From Longivirga aurantiaca (lineage in GTDB: Bacteria > Actinomycetota > Actinomycetes > S36-B12 > CAIYMF01): DNA of 32,000 nucleotides. Of the stretch, positions 14,573 to 22,260 are shown piece after piece. The DNA lies in NCBI RefSeq assembly GCF_042660085.1, contig NZ_JBHSTI010000008.1:1389876-1421875 (forward strand), given 5' to 3'. The notes beneath the pieces were generated by a model, which worked only from the letters and a program-made list of their open reading frames with translations, did no database searches and was not told the DNA's origin. The position numbers and the translations under genes were made by a program. How positions within the stretch are numbered: the stretch's first letter is position 1; each line of letters begins with the position of its first letter.

Positions 14573-15040
14573 GTGGCACAGGACGAGCCGGACATCTCCG
14601 CCGAGCACGCGCACATCGGCCCGGGCGAGCCCGATGAGGTCGACGAGGGGCGCGTGTTCGGGCCCCTCGACCGCATCCGCCGCTGGTCGTTCGGGGGCAG
14701 CCTCGCCCGTCGGGTGTTCTGGCGCACCACGGTCCTCGTCGTCGGCGGCACGCTCATGGTCCTCGGCATCGTGATGCTGGTGTTCCCGGGGCCGGGATGG
14801 GCGGCGATCATCCTCGGGCTAGTGGTGCTGGCGTCCGAGTTCGCCTGGTTCAACCGGGTGCTGCACCCGGTACGCCGGATCGCGAGCAAGGCGGCCGAGG
14901 CGGCGACCGATCCGCGCCAGCGCACCCGCAACCTGATCCTGGGGTCGGTCGTGATCGTCGTCGTGGCAGCGGTGGCCTGGTGGTACTACGTGACGTACGG
15001 CGTCAGCCTCGACGGGCTCCGCTGGCTTCCCGGGATCTGA
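14573..15040 (+). CDS. PGPGW-domain transmembrane protein
   Basis: 155-aa ORF with a GTG start. Contains the literal motif VFPGPGWAAIILGLVVLASEFAW followed by a further transmembrane helix. Confidence 0.75.
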   Translation: MAQDEPDISAEHAHIGPGEPDEVDEGRVFGPLDRIRRWSFGGSLARRVFWRTTVLVVGGTLMVLGIVMLVFPGPGWAAIILGLVVLASEFAWFNRVLHPVRRIASKAAEAATDPRQRTRNLILGSVVIVVVAAVAWWYYVTYGVSLDGLRWLPGI

Positions 15041-15083
15041 CGGCGGGGTCGGCGGCCGGTTCGGAGCACCGCCGTCGCTTTGG

Positions 15084-15089
15084 TAGAGT
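15084..15089 (+). promoter_or_regulatory. candidate extended -10 (TGgTAGAGT) for tRNA-Val(CAC)
   Basis: TG-n-TAGAGT ends 11 nt upstream of the mature tRNA 5' end. The -35 is weak. Confidence 0.3.
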
Positions 15090-15100
15090 CGCCGCCGCAC

Positions 15101-15172
15101 GGGCGATTGGCGCAGTGGTAGCGCGCTTCGTTCACACCGAAGAGGTCACTGGTTCGAACCCAGTATCGCCCA
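15101..15172 (+). tRNA. tRNA-Val (anticodon CAC)
   Basis: Hand-folded, 72 nt. Acceptor stem GGGCGAT/ATCGCCC, anticodon arm CTTCG-TTCACAC-CGAAG, T arm ACTGG-TTCGAAC-CCAGT, discriminator A. Confidence 0.95.
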
Positions 15173-15186
15173 CCGTGAGATGCGAG

Positions 15187-15208
15187 ACGGCTCCCCTCGG
15201 GGAGCCGT
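15187..15208 (+). terminator. stem-loop terminator after tRNA-Val
   Basis: ACGGCTCCCC-TC-GGGGAGCCGT, a perfect inverted repeat (8-9 bp effective stem), followed by TCGTGCGTTCC. Confidence 0.6.
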
Positions 15209-15280
15209 TCGTGCGTTCCGCCCCTGTCGGGATCGTGGGTTCCGACGTACGGTCGTCGGGACGCACGGGAGGGACATCTC

Positions 15281-16522
15281 ATGACGCGCACCGCACGCAC
15301 GCTCGCCGTCTTCGCGGCGGCGGCCGCCACGTCTGCCGCACTGCTCACCGCTCCCGGTGCCGGTGCGGCGCCGGTCCCGGAGCCTGCCGCCGCGCCCGCC
15401 GCGGTGGTGCCGGCAGCCGTGACCCCGGCCGCGAAGCTGCGGGTGCGGACCTCGCTGTCGACCTCGGGCTTCGTGAGCCCCGTGCTCGTCACCTCCGCGA
15501 AGGACGGTGCCAACCGGCTCTACGTCGTGGAGAAGGCCGGGCGCATCCGCTGGGTGAAGGACGGCCGGATCGGCGGCACGTACCTCGACATCCGCGGGCT
15601 GGTGAGCGACTCGGGCGAGCAGGGGATGCTCGGCCTCGCGTTCGCTCCCGACTTCGCGACCTCGCGCTACCTGTGGGTGACCTACACCAACTCGTCGGGC
15701 GCGCTGGTGCTCGCACGCTTCCGCGCGACGACGGCGTCGGCCTCCTCGGTGAGCGCATCGACCCGCCGGACCGTGCTCACCGTGCCGCACCCGACGTACC
15801 AGAACCACAACGGCGGCAACATCGCGTTCGGGCCGGACGGCGCGCTCTACCTCGGCACCGGTGACGGCGGCGGCGGGGGAGACCCGTTCGCCAACGGCCA
15901 GGACCTGACCTCGCTCTCGGGGAAGATCCTGCGCGTCGACGTCCGCTGCAGCACGGCGCTCTACTGCCTGCCGGCAGACAACCCGTACGCCGGGTCGGCG
16001 AACCGCAACGCGCGGCACGTGTGGATGAGCGGCGTCCGCAATCCCTGGCGCTGGTCGTTCGACACCAACGGCACTATCTGGGTGGGCGACGTCGGGCAGG
16101 ACAAGTACGAGGAGGTCACCTACCTGTCGCGCGCGACGCAGAAGGGCGCGGACCTCGGCTGGTCGTGCTGGGAGGCGCGCTCGCGCTTCAACGCATCCCG
16201 CTGCCGGTCCGGCGTCACGTACCGCTTCCCGCAGATCGTGGTGTGCCACCCCAGCGTGAGCAGCAACTGCCCCGCGGGCCGTACGGGCGAGTCGATGACC
16301 GGTGGCTTCGTGTACCGCGGCGTCCAGTACCCGGGTGCCGTCGGCACCTATGTCTTCGCCGACTTCATCACCGGGAAGATGTGGGGCTACCGCGCAGGGG
16401 ACGGCTGGACGCCGTCGCACGCGCTGGGCAACGTGACCGGGTTCGGCCTGTCGGACAGCAGGGAGATCTACGCGGTGACGTACGGCGGAGGCCTCTACAA
16501 GGTGGGGTTCGCCTCGGTGTGA
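15281..16522 (+). CDS. secreted PQQ-dependent sugar dehydrogenase (soluble glucose/sorbosone dehydrogenase, beta-propeller) family protein
   Basis: 413-aa ORF with GGGAGGG 7 nt upstream. Ala-rich N-terminal signal peptide. Motifs: GEQGMLGLAFAPDF, HNGGNIAFGPDGALYLGTGDGGGGGDP, GKILRVD, VRNPWRWSFD, WVGDVGQDKYEEV. Confidence 0.85.
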   Translation: MTRTARTLAVFAAAAATSAALLTAPGAGAAPVPEPAAAPAAVVPAAVTPAAKLRVRTSLSTSGFVSPVLVTSAKDGANRLYVVEKAGRIRWVKDGRIGGTYLDIRGLVSDSGEQGMLGLAFAPDFATSRYLWVTYTNSSGALVLARFRATTASASSVSASTRRTVLTVPHPTYQNHNGGNIAFGPDGALYLGTGDGGGGGDPFANGQDLTSLSGKILRVDVRCSTALYCLPADNPYAGSANRNARHVWMSGVRNPWRWSFDTNGTIWVGDVGQDKYEEVTYLSRATQKGADLGWSCWEARSRFNASRCRSGVTYRFPQIVVCHPSVSSNCPAGRTGESMTGGFVYRGVQYPGAVGTYVFADFITGKMWGYRAGDGWTPSHALGNVTGFGLSDSREIYAVTYGGGLYKVGFASV

Positions 16523-16562
16523 GGTGACGCCCCCGGGCGTTCACCCGCCCGTCGTCGGGTGG
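16523..16562 (+). terminator. two tandem GC-rich hairpins after the dehydrogenase stop (terminator-like)
   Basis: Hairpin 16523-16545: GGTGACGCC/GGCGT(T)CACC, 9 bp with one bulge. Hairpin 16541-16562: CACCCG/CGGGTG plus a wobble pair. No U-tract. Confidence 0.4.
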
Positions 16563-16617
16563 CTGTGATCGCAGGCGCGACGGCGTACGCAGCGCCGCTA
16601 GGCTGACGGCTCCAGAA

Positions 16618-16673
16618 CCCGGCGCCTCGTACCCGCCGGGCCCCTCGGCCAGGTCCCTCGTCACGGCCCGGCC
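16618..16673 (+). promoter_or_regulatory. thrS leader: two stem-loops with CCUCGU loops (candidate tRNA-Thr anticodon-arm mimic / ThrRS operator)
   Basis: HP1 16618-16640: perfect 7-bp stem, loop CCTCGTACC. HP2 16647-16673: 9-position stem with one A.C mismatch and one G.U pair, loop CCTCGTCAC. Both lie between a TAGGCT -10 candidate (16599-16604) and the SD GGAG (16685-16688). The structure is visible in the sequence; the function is inferred. Confidence 0.35.
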
Positions 16674-16693
16674 CCCGAGCACGTGGAGTCCGA

Positions 16694-18703
16694 GTGCCCC
16701 AGATCACCGTTCGCGACCTGTCCGGCAACGACGAGGTGCGCGAGGTGCCCGAGGGCACCACCGCCGGCGAGGTCTACACCGACCGCGCGGTCGTCGTCGC
16801 CCGTGTCGACGGCGAGCTCAAGGACCTGTCGTACATCGTGTCCGGCGGCGAGGCGCTCGAGCCCGTCGCCGTCGACTCCGAGGACGGGCGCGCGGTGCTG
16901 CGGCACTCGACCGCGCACGTGCTCGCGCAGGCCGTGCAGCAGATGTTCCCCGAGGCCAAGCTCGGCATCGGCCCGCCGATCCGCGACGGCTTCTACTACG
17001 ACTTCGACGTCGCGCGGCCGTTCACCCCCGAGGACCTCGCGGCGCTCGAGAAGCGCATGCAGGAGATCATCAAGAGCGGCCAGCGCTTCCACCGGCGCGT
17101 GGTGACCGAGGACGAGGCCCGCGCCGAGCTCGCGCACGAGCCGTTCAAGCTCGAGCTCATCGGGCTCAAGGGCGGCTCGGCGGCCGATGCCGACATGAGC
17201 GACGTGATGGAGGTCGGCGGCGCCGAGCTCACCATCTACGACAACATCGACGGCAAGACCGGCCAGCGTGCGTGGTGCGACCTGTGCCGCGGCCCGCACG
17301 TGCCGACCACCCGCGTGATCCCGGCGTTCAAGCTGATGCGCTCGGCCGCGGCCTACTGGCGCGGGTCGGAGAAGAACCCGACGCTGCAGCGCATCTACGG
17401 CACCGCGTGGGAGAGCCGGGACGCGCTGAAGGCGCACCTCGCGTTCCTCGAGGAGGCCGAGCGCCGCGATCACCGCCGTCTCGGCACCGAGCTCGATCTG
17501 TTCAGCTTCCCGGACGAGATCGGCTCCGGGCTCGCGGTGTTCCACCCCAAGGGCGGCGTGATCCGTCGCGAGATGGAGCACTACTCGCGGCTGCGCCACG
17601 AGGAGGCCGGCTACGAGTTCGTCAACACCCCGCACCTGACCAAGGGGCAGCTGTACGAGATCTCGGGCCACCTCGACTGGTACGCCGAGGGCATGTACCC
17701 GCCCATGGAGCTCGACGCCGAGTACGGCCCGGACGGCGAGCTCAAGAAGGCCGGGCAGAAGTACTACATGAAGCCCATGAACTGCCCCATGCACAACCTG
17801 ATCTTCGACGCGCGGGGGCGGTCGTACCGCGAGCTGCCCCTGCGGCTCTTCGAGTTCGGCACCGTCTACCGCTACGAGAAGTCCGGCGTGGTGCACGGCC
17901 TCACCCGCGCGCGTGGCTTCACCCAGGACGACGCGCACATCTACTGCACCCCCGAGCAGATGGCCGGCGAGCTCGACTCGCTGCTCACCTTCGTGCTCGA
18001 CCTGCTGCGCGACTACGGCCTCGACGACTTCTACCTCGAGCTGTCGACCAAGGACCCGGTCAAGTTCGTCGGCACCGAGGACGTCTGGGAGCAGGCCACC
18101 GAGACGCTGCGCGCGGCGGCCGAGCGGCAGAACCTCGAGCTCGTCCTCGACCCGGGCGGCGCGGCGTTCTACGGCCCCAAGATCTCGGTCCAGGCGCGCG
18201 ATGCGATCGGCCGCACCTGGCAGATGTCCACCATCCAGGTCGACTTCAACCTGCCCGAGCGGTTCGGCCTCGAGTACACCGCAGCGGACGGCTCGCGCCA
18301 GCGCCCGGTGATGATCCACCGTGCGCTGTTCGGATCGATCGAGCGCTTCTTCGCCGTCCTCCTCGAGCACTACGCGGGGGCCTTCCCCGCGTGGCTGGCC
18401 CCCGTGCAGGTGGTGGGTATCCCGATCACCGACGGGCACGTCGACTACCTGACGGGGGTTGCGGCCGAGCTCCGCAAGGCGGGCATCCGCATCGAGGTCG
18501 ACACGAGCGACGACCGCATGCAGAAGAAGATCCGCAACGCGCAGAAGCAGAAGGTGCCGTACATGCTCATCGCCGGCGACGAGGACGTCGCCGCCGGCGC
18601 GGTGTCGTTCCGCTACCGCGACGGGTCGCAGAAGAACGGCGTACCCGTGGCCGACGCCGTCGCCGAGATCCTCGACGTCGTCCAGCGCCGCGTGCAGGTG
18701 TGA
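16694..18703 (+). CDS. thrS: threonine--tRNA ligase
   Basis: 669-aa ORF with a GTG start and GGAG 5 nt upstream. Unmistakable ThrRS: TGS domain, editing domain, [10 protein letters not shown] (zinc site), class II core [26 protein letters not shown], anticodon-binding domain. Confidence 0.97.
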   Translation: MPQITVRDLSGNDEVREVPEGTTAGEVYTDRAVVVARVDGELKDLSYIVSGGEALEPVAVDSEDGRAVLRHSTAHVLAQAVQQMFPEAKLGIGPPIRDGFYYDFDVARPFTPEDLAALEKRMQEIIKSGQRFHRRVVTEDEARAELAHEPFKLELIGLKGGSAADADMSDVMEVGGAELTIYDNIDGKTGQRAWCDLCRGPHVPTTRVIPAFKLMRSAAAYWRGSEKNPTLQRIYGTAWESRDALKAHLAFLEEAERRDHRRLGTELDLFSFPDEIGSGLAVFHPKGGVIRREMEHYSRLRHEEAGYEFVNTPHLTKGQLYEISGHLDWYAEGMYPPMELDAEYGPDGELKKAGQKYYMKPMNCPMHNLIFDARGRSYRELPLRLFEFGTVYRYEKSGVVHGLTRARGFTQDDAHIYCTPEQMAGELDSLLTFVLDLLRDYGLDDFYLELSTKDPVKFVGTEDVWEQATETLRAAAERQNLELVLDPGGAAFYGPKISVQARDAIGRTWQMSTIQVDFNLPERFGLEYTAADGSRQRPVMIHRALFGSIERFFAVLLEHYAGAFPAWLAPVQVVGIPITDGHVDYLTGVAAELRKAGIRIEVDTSDDRMQKKIRNAQKQKVPYMLIAGDEDVAAGAVSFRYRDGSQKNGVPVADAVAEILDVVQRRVQV

Positions 18704-18708
18704 GCGCC

Positions 18709-19239
18709 ATGACCGAGGGACCGGGCGTGCCGCCGGGGAGCGACGCGTGGGACCGGCTCTGGACCCCGCACCGGATGGCGTACATCAAGGGCGAGAACAA
18801 ACCCACGCACACCGACGCCGGTGACGAGTGCGCGTTCTGCCGCGCCCCGGGGATCGACGGCGAGGAGAGCCTCGTCGTCGCTCGCGGCGAGCACGTGTAC
18901 GCCGTGCTCAACCTGTACCCGTACAACGCGGGGCACACGATGGTGTGCCCGTACCGGCACGTCGCCGACTACACCGACCTCGCCGACGGCGAGGTCGCGG
19001 AGCTCGCGACGTTCACGCAGCGCACGATGCGGGCGCTGCGCGCCGTGTCGGGGGCGCAGGGCTTCAACATCGGTATGAACCAGGGCCACATCGCCGGTGC
19101 CGGCATCGCCGGGCACCTACACCAGCACGTGGTGCCGCGCTGGGGAGGCGACACCAACTTCATGCCCGTCGTCGGCCACACCAAGACCATGCCCCAGCTC
19201 CTCGAGACCACACGCGACCTCCTTCTCGAAGCCTGGTAG
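18709..19239 (+). CDS. HIT family protein (Ap4A phosphorylase-like, Rv2613c-type)
   Basis: C-terminal part of ORF 17272..19239, with ATG 18709 five nt after the thrS stop. Histidine triad GHLHQHVVPRW. Sits immediately downstream of thrS, as in mycobacteria. Confidence 0.9.
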   Translation: MTEGPGVPPGSDAWDRLWTPHRMAYIKGENKPTHTDAGDECAFCRAPGIDGEESLVVARGEHVYAVLNLYPYNAGHTMVCPYRHVADYTDLADGEVAELATFTQRTMRALRAVSGAQGFNIGMNQGHIAGAGIAGHLHQHVVPRWGGDTNFMPVVGHTKTMPQLLETTRDLLLEAW

Positions 19240-19268
19240 CGCCCCCGGTTGATCGAACTCACCCCCCC

Positions 19269-19341
19269 CCACCTGTCGTGATGCACCCCTTGGGTCGATC
19301 ACGGTGGTTCAACTGCGTCGGATGACCCGTAGTCGTGATCT
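19269..19341 (+). repeat. IR-L: left copy of an imperfect inverted repeat flanking the DCC gene
   Basis: 73 nt. Aligns to the reverse complement of 19839-19905 with about 55/67 identities plus one 6-nt indel (hand alignment). Abutted on its outer side by a C9 tract (19262-19270). Confidence 0.7.
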
Positions 19342-19389
19342 TGGTCGCGTCGGGGTGCCCGGACGTCGGCGGCGGGGGAGGATCGGGGC

Positions 19390-19818
19390 ATGACGGCGAC
19401 TGCACTGCGCACCGGCGCGCTCCTGGTCTTCGACGGCGACTGCGGCTTCTGCACCACGTCCGTGCGGTGGTTCGAGCGCCGCTTCCCGGATGCGTTCGCG
19501 ACCGCGCCGTACCAGTTCACCGACCTCGACTCGCTCGGCCTCACCGAGCGCGAGTGCACCGAGAAGGTGCAGTGGATCGCGGACGTCGCTGCTCCCCGCA
19601 CCACCCGCAGCGAGGGCGCGCGAGCGATCTCCGCGATGGTCCGCCACGGCGGCCGCAGCATCGGCGGCGCGATGGGCAGCGCGTGGCGCGCGGCCGGCAC
19701 GGTGGCCGACGTCGTGCCCGTGTCGCTGCTGGCCGACGTCGTGTACGCCGCGATTGCCGCGAACCGGCAGCGGCTGCCCGGCGGCACCCCGGCCTGCGCG
19801 ATGCCCCGCGCCTCCTGA
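19390..19818 (+). CDS. thiol-disulfide oxidoreductase DCC family protein (DUF393)
   Basis: 142-aa ORF with GGAGG 8 nt upstream. N-terminal LVFDGDCGFC (DxxCxxC) is the DCC family signature. Confidence 0.85.
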   Translation: MTATALRTGALLVFDGDCGFCTTSVRWFERRFPDAFATAPYQFTDLDSLGLTERECTEKVQWIADVAAPRTTRSEGARAISAMVRHGGRSIGGAMGSAWRAAGTVADVVPVSLLADVVYAAIAANRQRLPGGTPACAMPRAS

Positions 19819-19838
19819 GCGGGAACCCGGCCCCCCCC

Positions 19839-19905
19839 AGATCACGAGTACGGGTCAATCGGTGCAGGTGAGCTGCCGTGATCGACCCTAGGGGTCAACA
19901 GGTGG
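19839..19905 (-). repeat. IR-R: right copy (inverted) of the repeat flanking the DCC gene
   Basis: 67 nt; see IR-L. Perfect block CCGTGATCGACCC (19876-19888) is the complement of 19292-19304. A 16/17 block at 19840-19856 matches 19324-19340. Preceded by a C8 tract (19831-19838). Confidence 0.7.
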
Positions 19906-19906
19906 A

Positions 19907-19949
19907 GCAGCAGGGCCCGGACCGCGTGCGGTGGTCCGGGCCCTGCTGC
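19907..19949. terminator. 17-bp perfect GC-rich stem-loop between convergent DCC and EF-G-like genes (bidirectional terminator candidate)
   Basis: GCAGCAGGGCCCGGACC - 9-nt loop - GGTCCGGGCCCTGCTGC. Lies 28 nt downstream of the EF-G-like stop on the minus strand and directly abuts IR-R. Confidence 0.6.
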
Positions 19950-19977
19950 TGTCCCCGTTCGTGAGGGGGCGGTGCGC

Positions 19978-22128
19978 TCAGTGCGCGGCCGACTCCTCCT
20001 GCACCTTCTTGGCGACCTGCGGCGGCATGGCCTCGTGGCCGATGTAGGTGCGCGTGAAGGTCGCGGTGCCGTGCGACAGCGACCGGAGCTCGACGGCGTA
20101 CCGCGTGAGCTCGAGCTGCGGCACGTCGGCGGTGATCGCCGTACGGCCGCTGCCGACCGGCTCGCTGCCGCCCACACGGCCACGGCGTCCGGACAGGTCG
20201 CCCATGACCGCGCCCACGTACTCGTCCGAGACGAGCACCTTGATGCGGTCGACCGGCTCGAGCAGCGAGACGCTGGCTCCGGCCGCGGCCTCCTTCAGCG
20301 CGAGCGAGCCCGCCTGCTGGAACGCCATGTCGGACGAGTCGACCGAGTGCGCCTTGCCGTCGACGAGCGTGACGCGGATGTCGATCACCGGGTAGCCGGC
20401 CGCGACGCCCTTCTCCATCTGGGCGCGGACACCCTTCTCCACGCTCGGGATGAACTGGCGCGGCACGGAGCCGCCCACCACCTTGTCGACGAACTCGAAC
20501 CCGGAGCCCTGCGGGAGCGGCTCGACCTCGATGTCGCACACGGCGAACTGGCCGTGGCCGCCGGACTGCTTCACCAAGCGCCCGTGCCCCTTGCCGGGGG
20601 AGGCGAAGGTCTCGCGCAGCGACACCCGCAGCGGCACGGAGTCGACGGCGACGCCGTACCTGTTGCGCAGCCGGTCGAGCAGCACGTCGACGTGCGCCTC
20701 TCCCATGCACCACAGCACGAGCTGGTTCGTCTCCGGGTTGCGCTCGAGGCGCATGGTCGGGTCCTCCGCCACCAGGCGGCCGAGGCCCTGGGCGAGCTTG
20801 TCGTCGTCGGCCTTGGAGTGCGCGACGATCGCCACGGGGAGCAGCGGGTCGGGCATGACCCACGGCTCGACGAGCAGCGGGCGCTCCTTCTCCGACAGCG
20901 TGTCGCCGGTCTCGGCGCGGCCCAGCTTGGCCACCGCGACGATGTCGCCCGCGACGGCGTGCGTCACCGTGCGCTGCGTCTTGCCGAGCGGGCTCGACAG
21001 GGAGCCGACGCGCTCGTCGACGTCGTGGTCCTCGTGGCCGCGGTCCGGGGCGAAGTGGCCCGACACGTGCACCACGGCGTCCGGCCGGAGCGTGCCGCTG
21101 AAGATGCGCACGAGCGAGATGCGGCCGACGTACGGGTCGGTCGTGGTCTTGACGACCTCGGCGCACAGCGGGCCGTCGACGTCGCAGGCGAGCGGGTCGC
21201 GGGGCGAGCCGTCGGGAGCGGTGGCCGAGGGCAGCGGGTGCTCGAGCGGGGACGGGAACCCGCGGACGATCAGCTCGAGGAGCTCGGTGGTGCCGTAGCC
21301 CGTGGGCGACGTCGCCGTGCCCAGCACCGGGTAGAACGAGCCCCGGGCCACCGCGGTCTCGAGGTCGGCGATGAGCGTGTCGAGGTCGAGGTCCTCGCCG
21401 GCGATGTACCGGTCCATGAGGGACTCGTCCTCGGACTCGGCGATGATCCCCTCGATGAGGTTGCCGCGGGCGCTCTCGATGAGCGGCAGGTGCTCCGCGT
21501 CCGGGTCGCGCTGCGACCGGGCACCGGAGGAGTAGTCGTACACCTGCTGGGAGAGCAGCCCGATGAATCCCGCGACGCTGCCGTCGTCCGCGGACATCGG
21601 CAGGTAGAGCGGGAGCACGCCGTCGCCGAACACGCGCTGGCAGATCGCCACGACGTCGTCGAAGTCGGCGCGCTCCTTGTCGAGCTTGGTGATCACGACC
21701 GCGCGCGGCATCCCCACGGCCGCGCACTCCTCCCAGAGCAGCTGCGTGGAGGCGTCCACGCCGTCGACGGCCGAGACCACGAAGAGGGCGGCGTCCGCGG
21801 CACGGAGGCCTGCGCGCAGGTCACCGACGAAGTCGGCGTACCCGGGGGTGTCGACGAGGTTGATCTTGACGCCCTCGAACTCGAGCGGGGCGAGGGCGAG
21901 ACCCACGGAGCGCTGCTGGCGCAGCTCGGCCTCGTCGAAGTCCGAGACGGTGCTGCCGTCCTCGACGCGGCCCGGACGCGGGATCGTGCCCGCGGCGACG
22001 AGCAGGTGCTCGACGAGGGTCGTCTTGCCGGAGCCGGACGGGCCGACCAGGACCACGTTGCGAATGCTGTCGGGCCGGTCGGCCTCCGGTGCTCTCCCGG
22101 CGGCTCCTGGGGTGTTCTTGTCGGCCAT
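19978..22128 (-). CDS. elongation factor G-like GTPase (EF-G2/FusA2-type paralogue)
   Basis: ORF 19978..22839 trimmed to ATG 22128 (MADKNTPG...), with GGAGG 8 nt upstream. G1 is GPSGSGKTT rather than the canonical AHIDAGKT; G3 is DTPG; G4 is TKLD. EF-G domains II-V are recognisable. 716 aa. Confidence 0.9.
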   Translation of the reverse strand: MADKNTPGAAGRAPEADRPDSIRNVVLVGPSGSGKTTLVEHLLVAAGTIPRPGRVEDGSTVSDFDEAELRQQRSVGLALAPLEFEGVKINLVDTPGYADFVGDLRAGLRAADAALFVVSAVDGVDASTQLLWEECAAVGMPRAVVITKLDKERADFDDVVAICQRVFGDGVLPLYLPMSADDGSVAGFIGLLSQQVYDYSSGARSQRDPDAEHLPLIESARGNLIEGIIAESEDESLMDRYIAGEDLDLDTLIADLETAVARGSFYPVLGTATSPTGYGTTELLELIVRGFPSPLEHPLPSATAPDGSPRDPLACDVDGPLCAEVVKTTTDPYVGRISLVRIFSGTLRPDAVVHVSGHFAPDRGHEDHDVDERVGSLSSPLGKTQRTVTHAVAGDIVAVAKLGRAETGDTLSEKERPLLVEPWVMPDPLLPVAIVAHSKADDDKLAQGLGRLVAEDPTMRLERNPETNQLVLWCMGEAHVDVLLDRLRNRYGVAVDSVPLRVSLRETFASPGKGHGRLVKQSGGHGQFAVCDIEVEPLPQGSGFEFVDKVVGGSVPRQFIPSVEKGVRAQMEKGVAAGYPVIDIRVTLVDGKAHSVDSSDMAFQQAGSLALKEAAAGASVSLLEPVDRIKVLVSDEYVGAVMGDLSGRRGRVGGSEPVGSGRTAITADVPQLELTRYAVELRSLSHGTATFTRTYIGHEAMPPQVAKKVQEESAAH

Positions 22129-22260
22129 CTCGATCGCCTCCAGCGTCGTTGCGGTGGCTCGGCCGCACTGGGGGCGCGGCACTGGCTCACACCTTTCTCC
22201 TGCGGCCCCCGCGAGGCAACCGATTCGCACCATGCGCGCGCCGTTACTCTCGTCACCGTC

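Noticed and set aside
16523-16693. Possible T-box riboswitch in the thrS leader (GGGTGG at 16557-16562 resembles the start of the T-box motif).
   Set aside because: The rest of the T-box consensus (GGGTGGTACCGCG) is absent. The GGGTGG forms part of a terminator-like hairpin of the upstream gene and lies upstream of the likely promoter. No specifier-loop architecture is evident.
16661-18439. Very long ORFs antisense to, or out of frame with, real genes. Examples: 16661..18439 opposite thrS, 6661..8628 opposite the NMO gene, 514..1686 and 804..1832 over ligC, 5406..6524 over the P450, 9213..10250 upstream of pabB, 19972..22260 opposite the EF-G-like gene, and 29088..30455 and 29876..31495 over ruvABC.
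   Set aside because: In a genome with about 70+% GC and GC3 near saturation, stop codons are rare in the alternative frames. These translations are Arg/Ala/Gly/Pro-rich low-complexity strings with no recognisable motifs. The overlapping frame, by contrast, encodes an unmistakable conserved protein.
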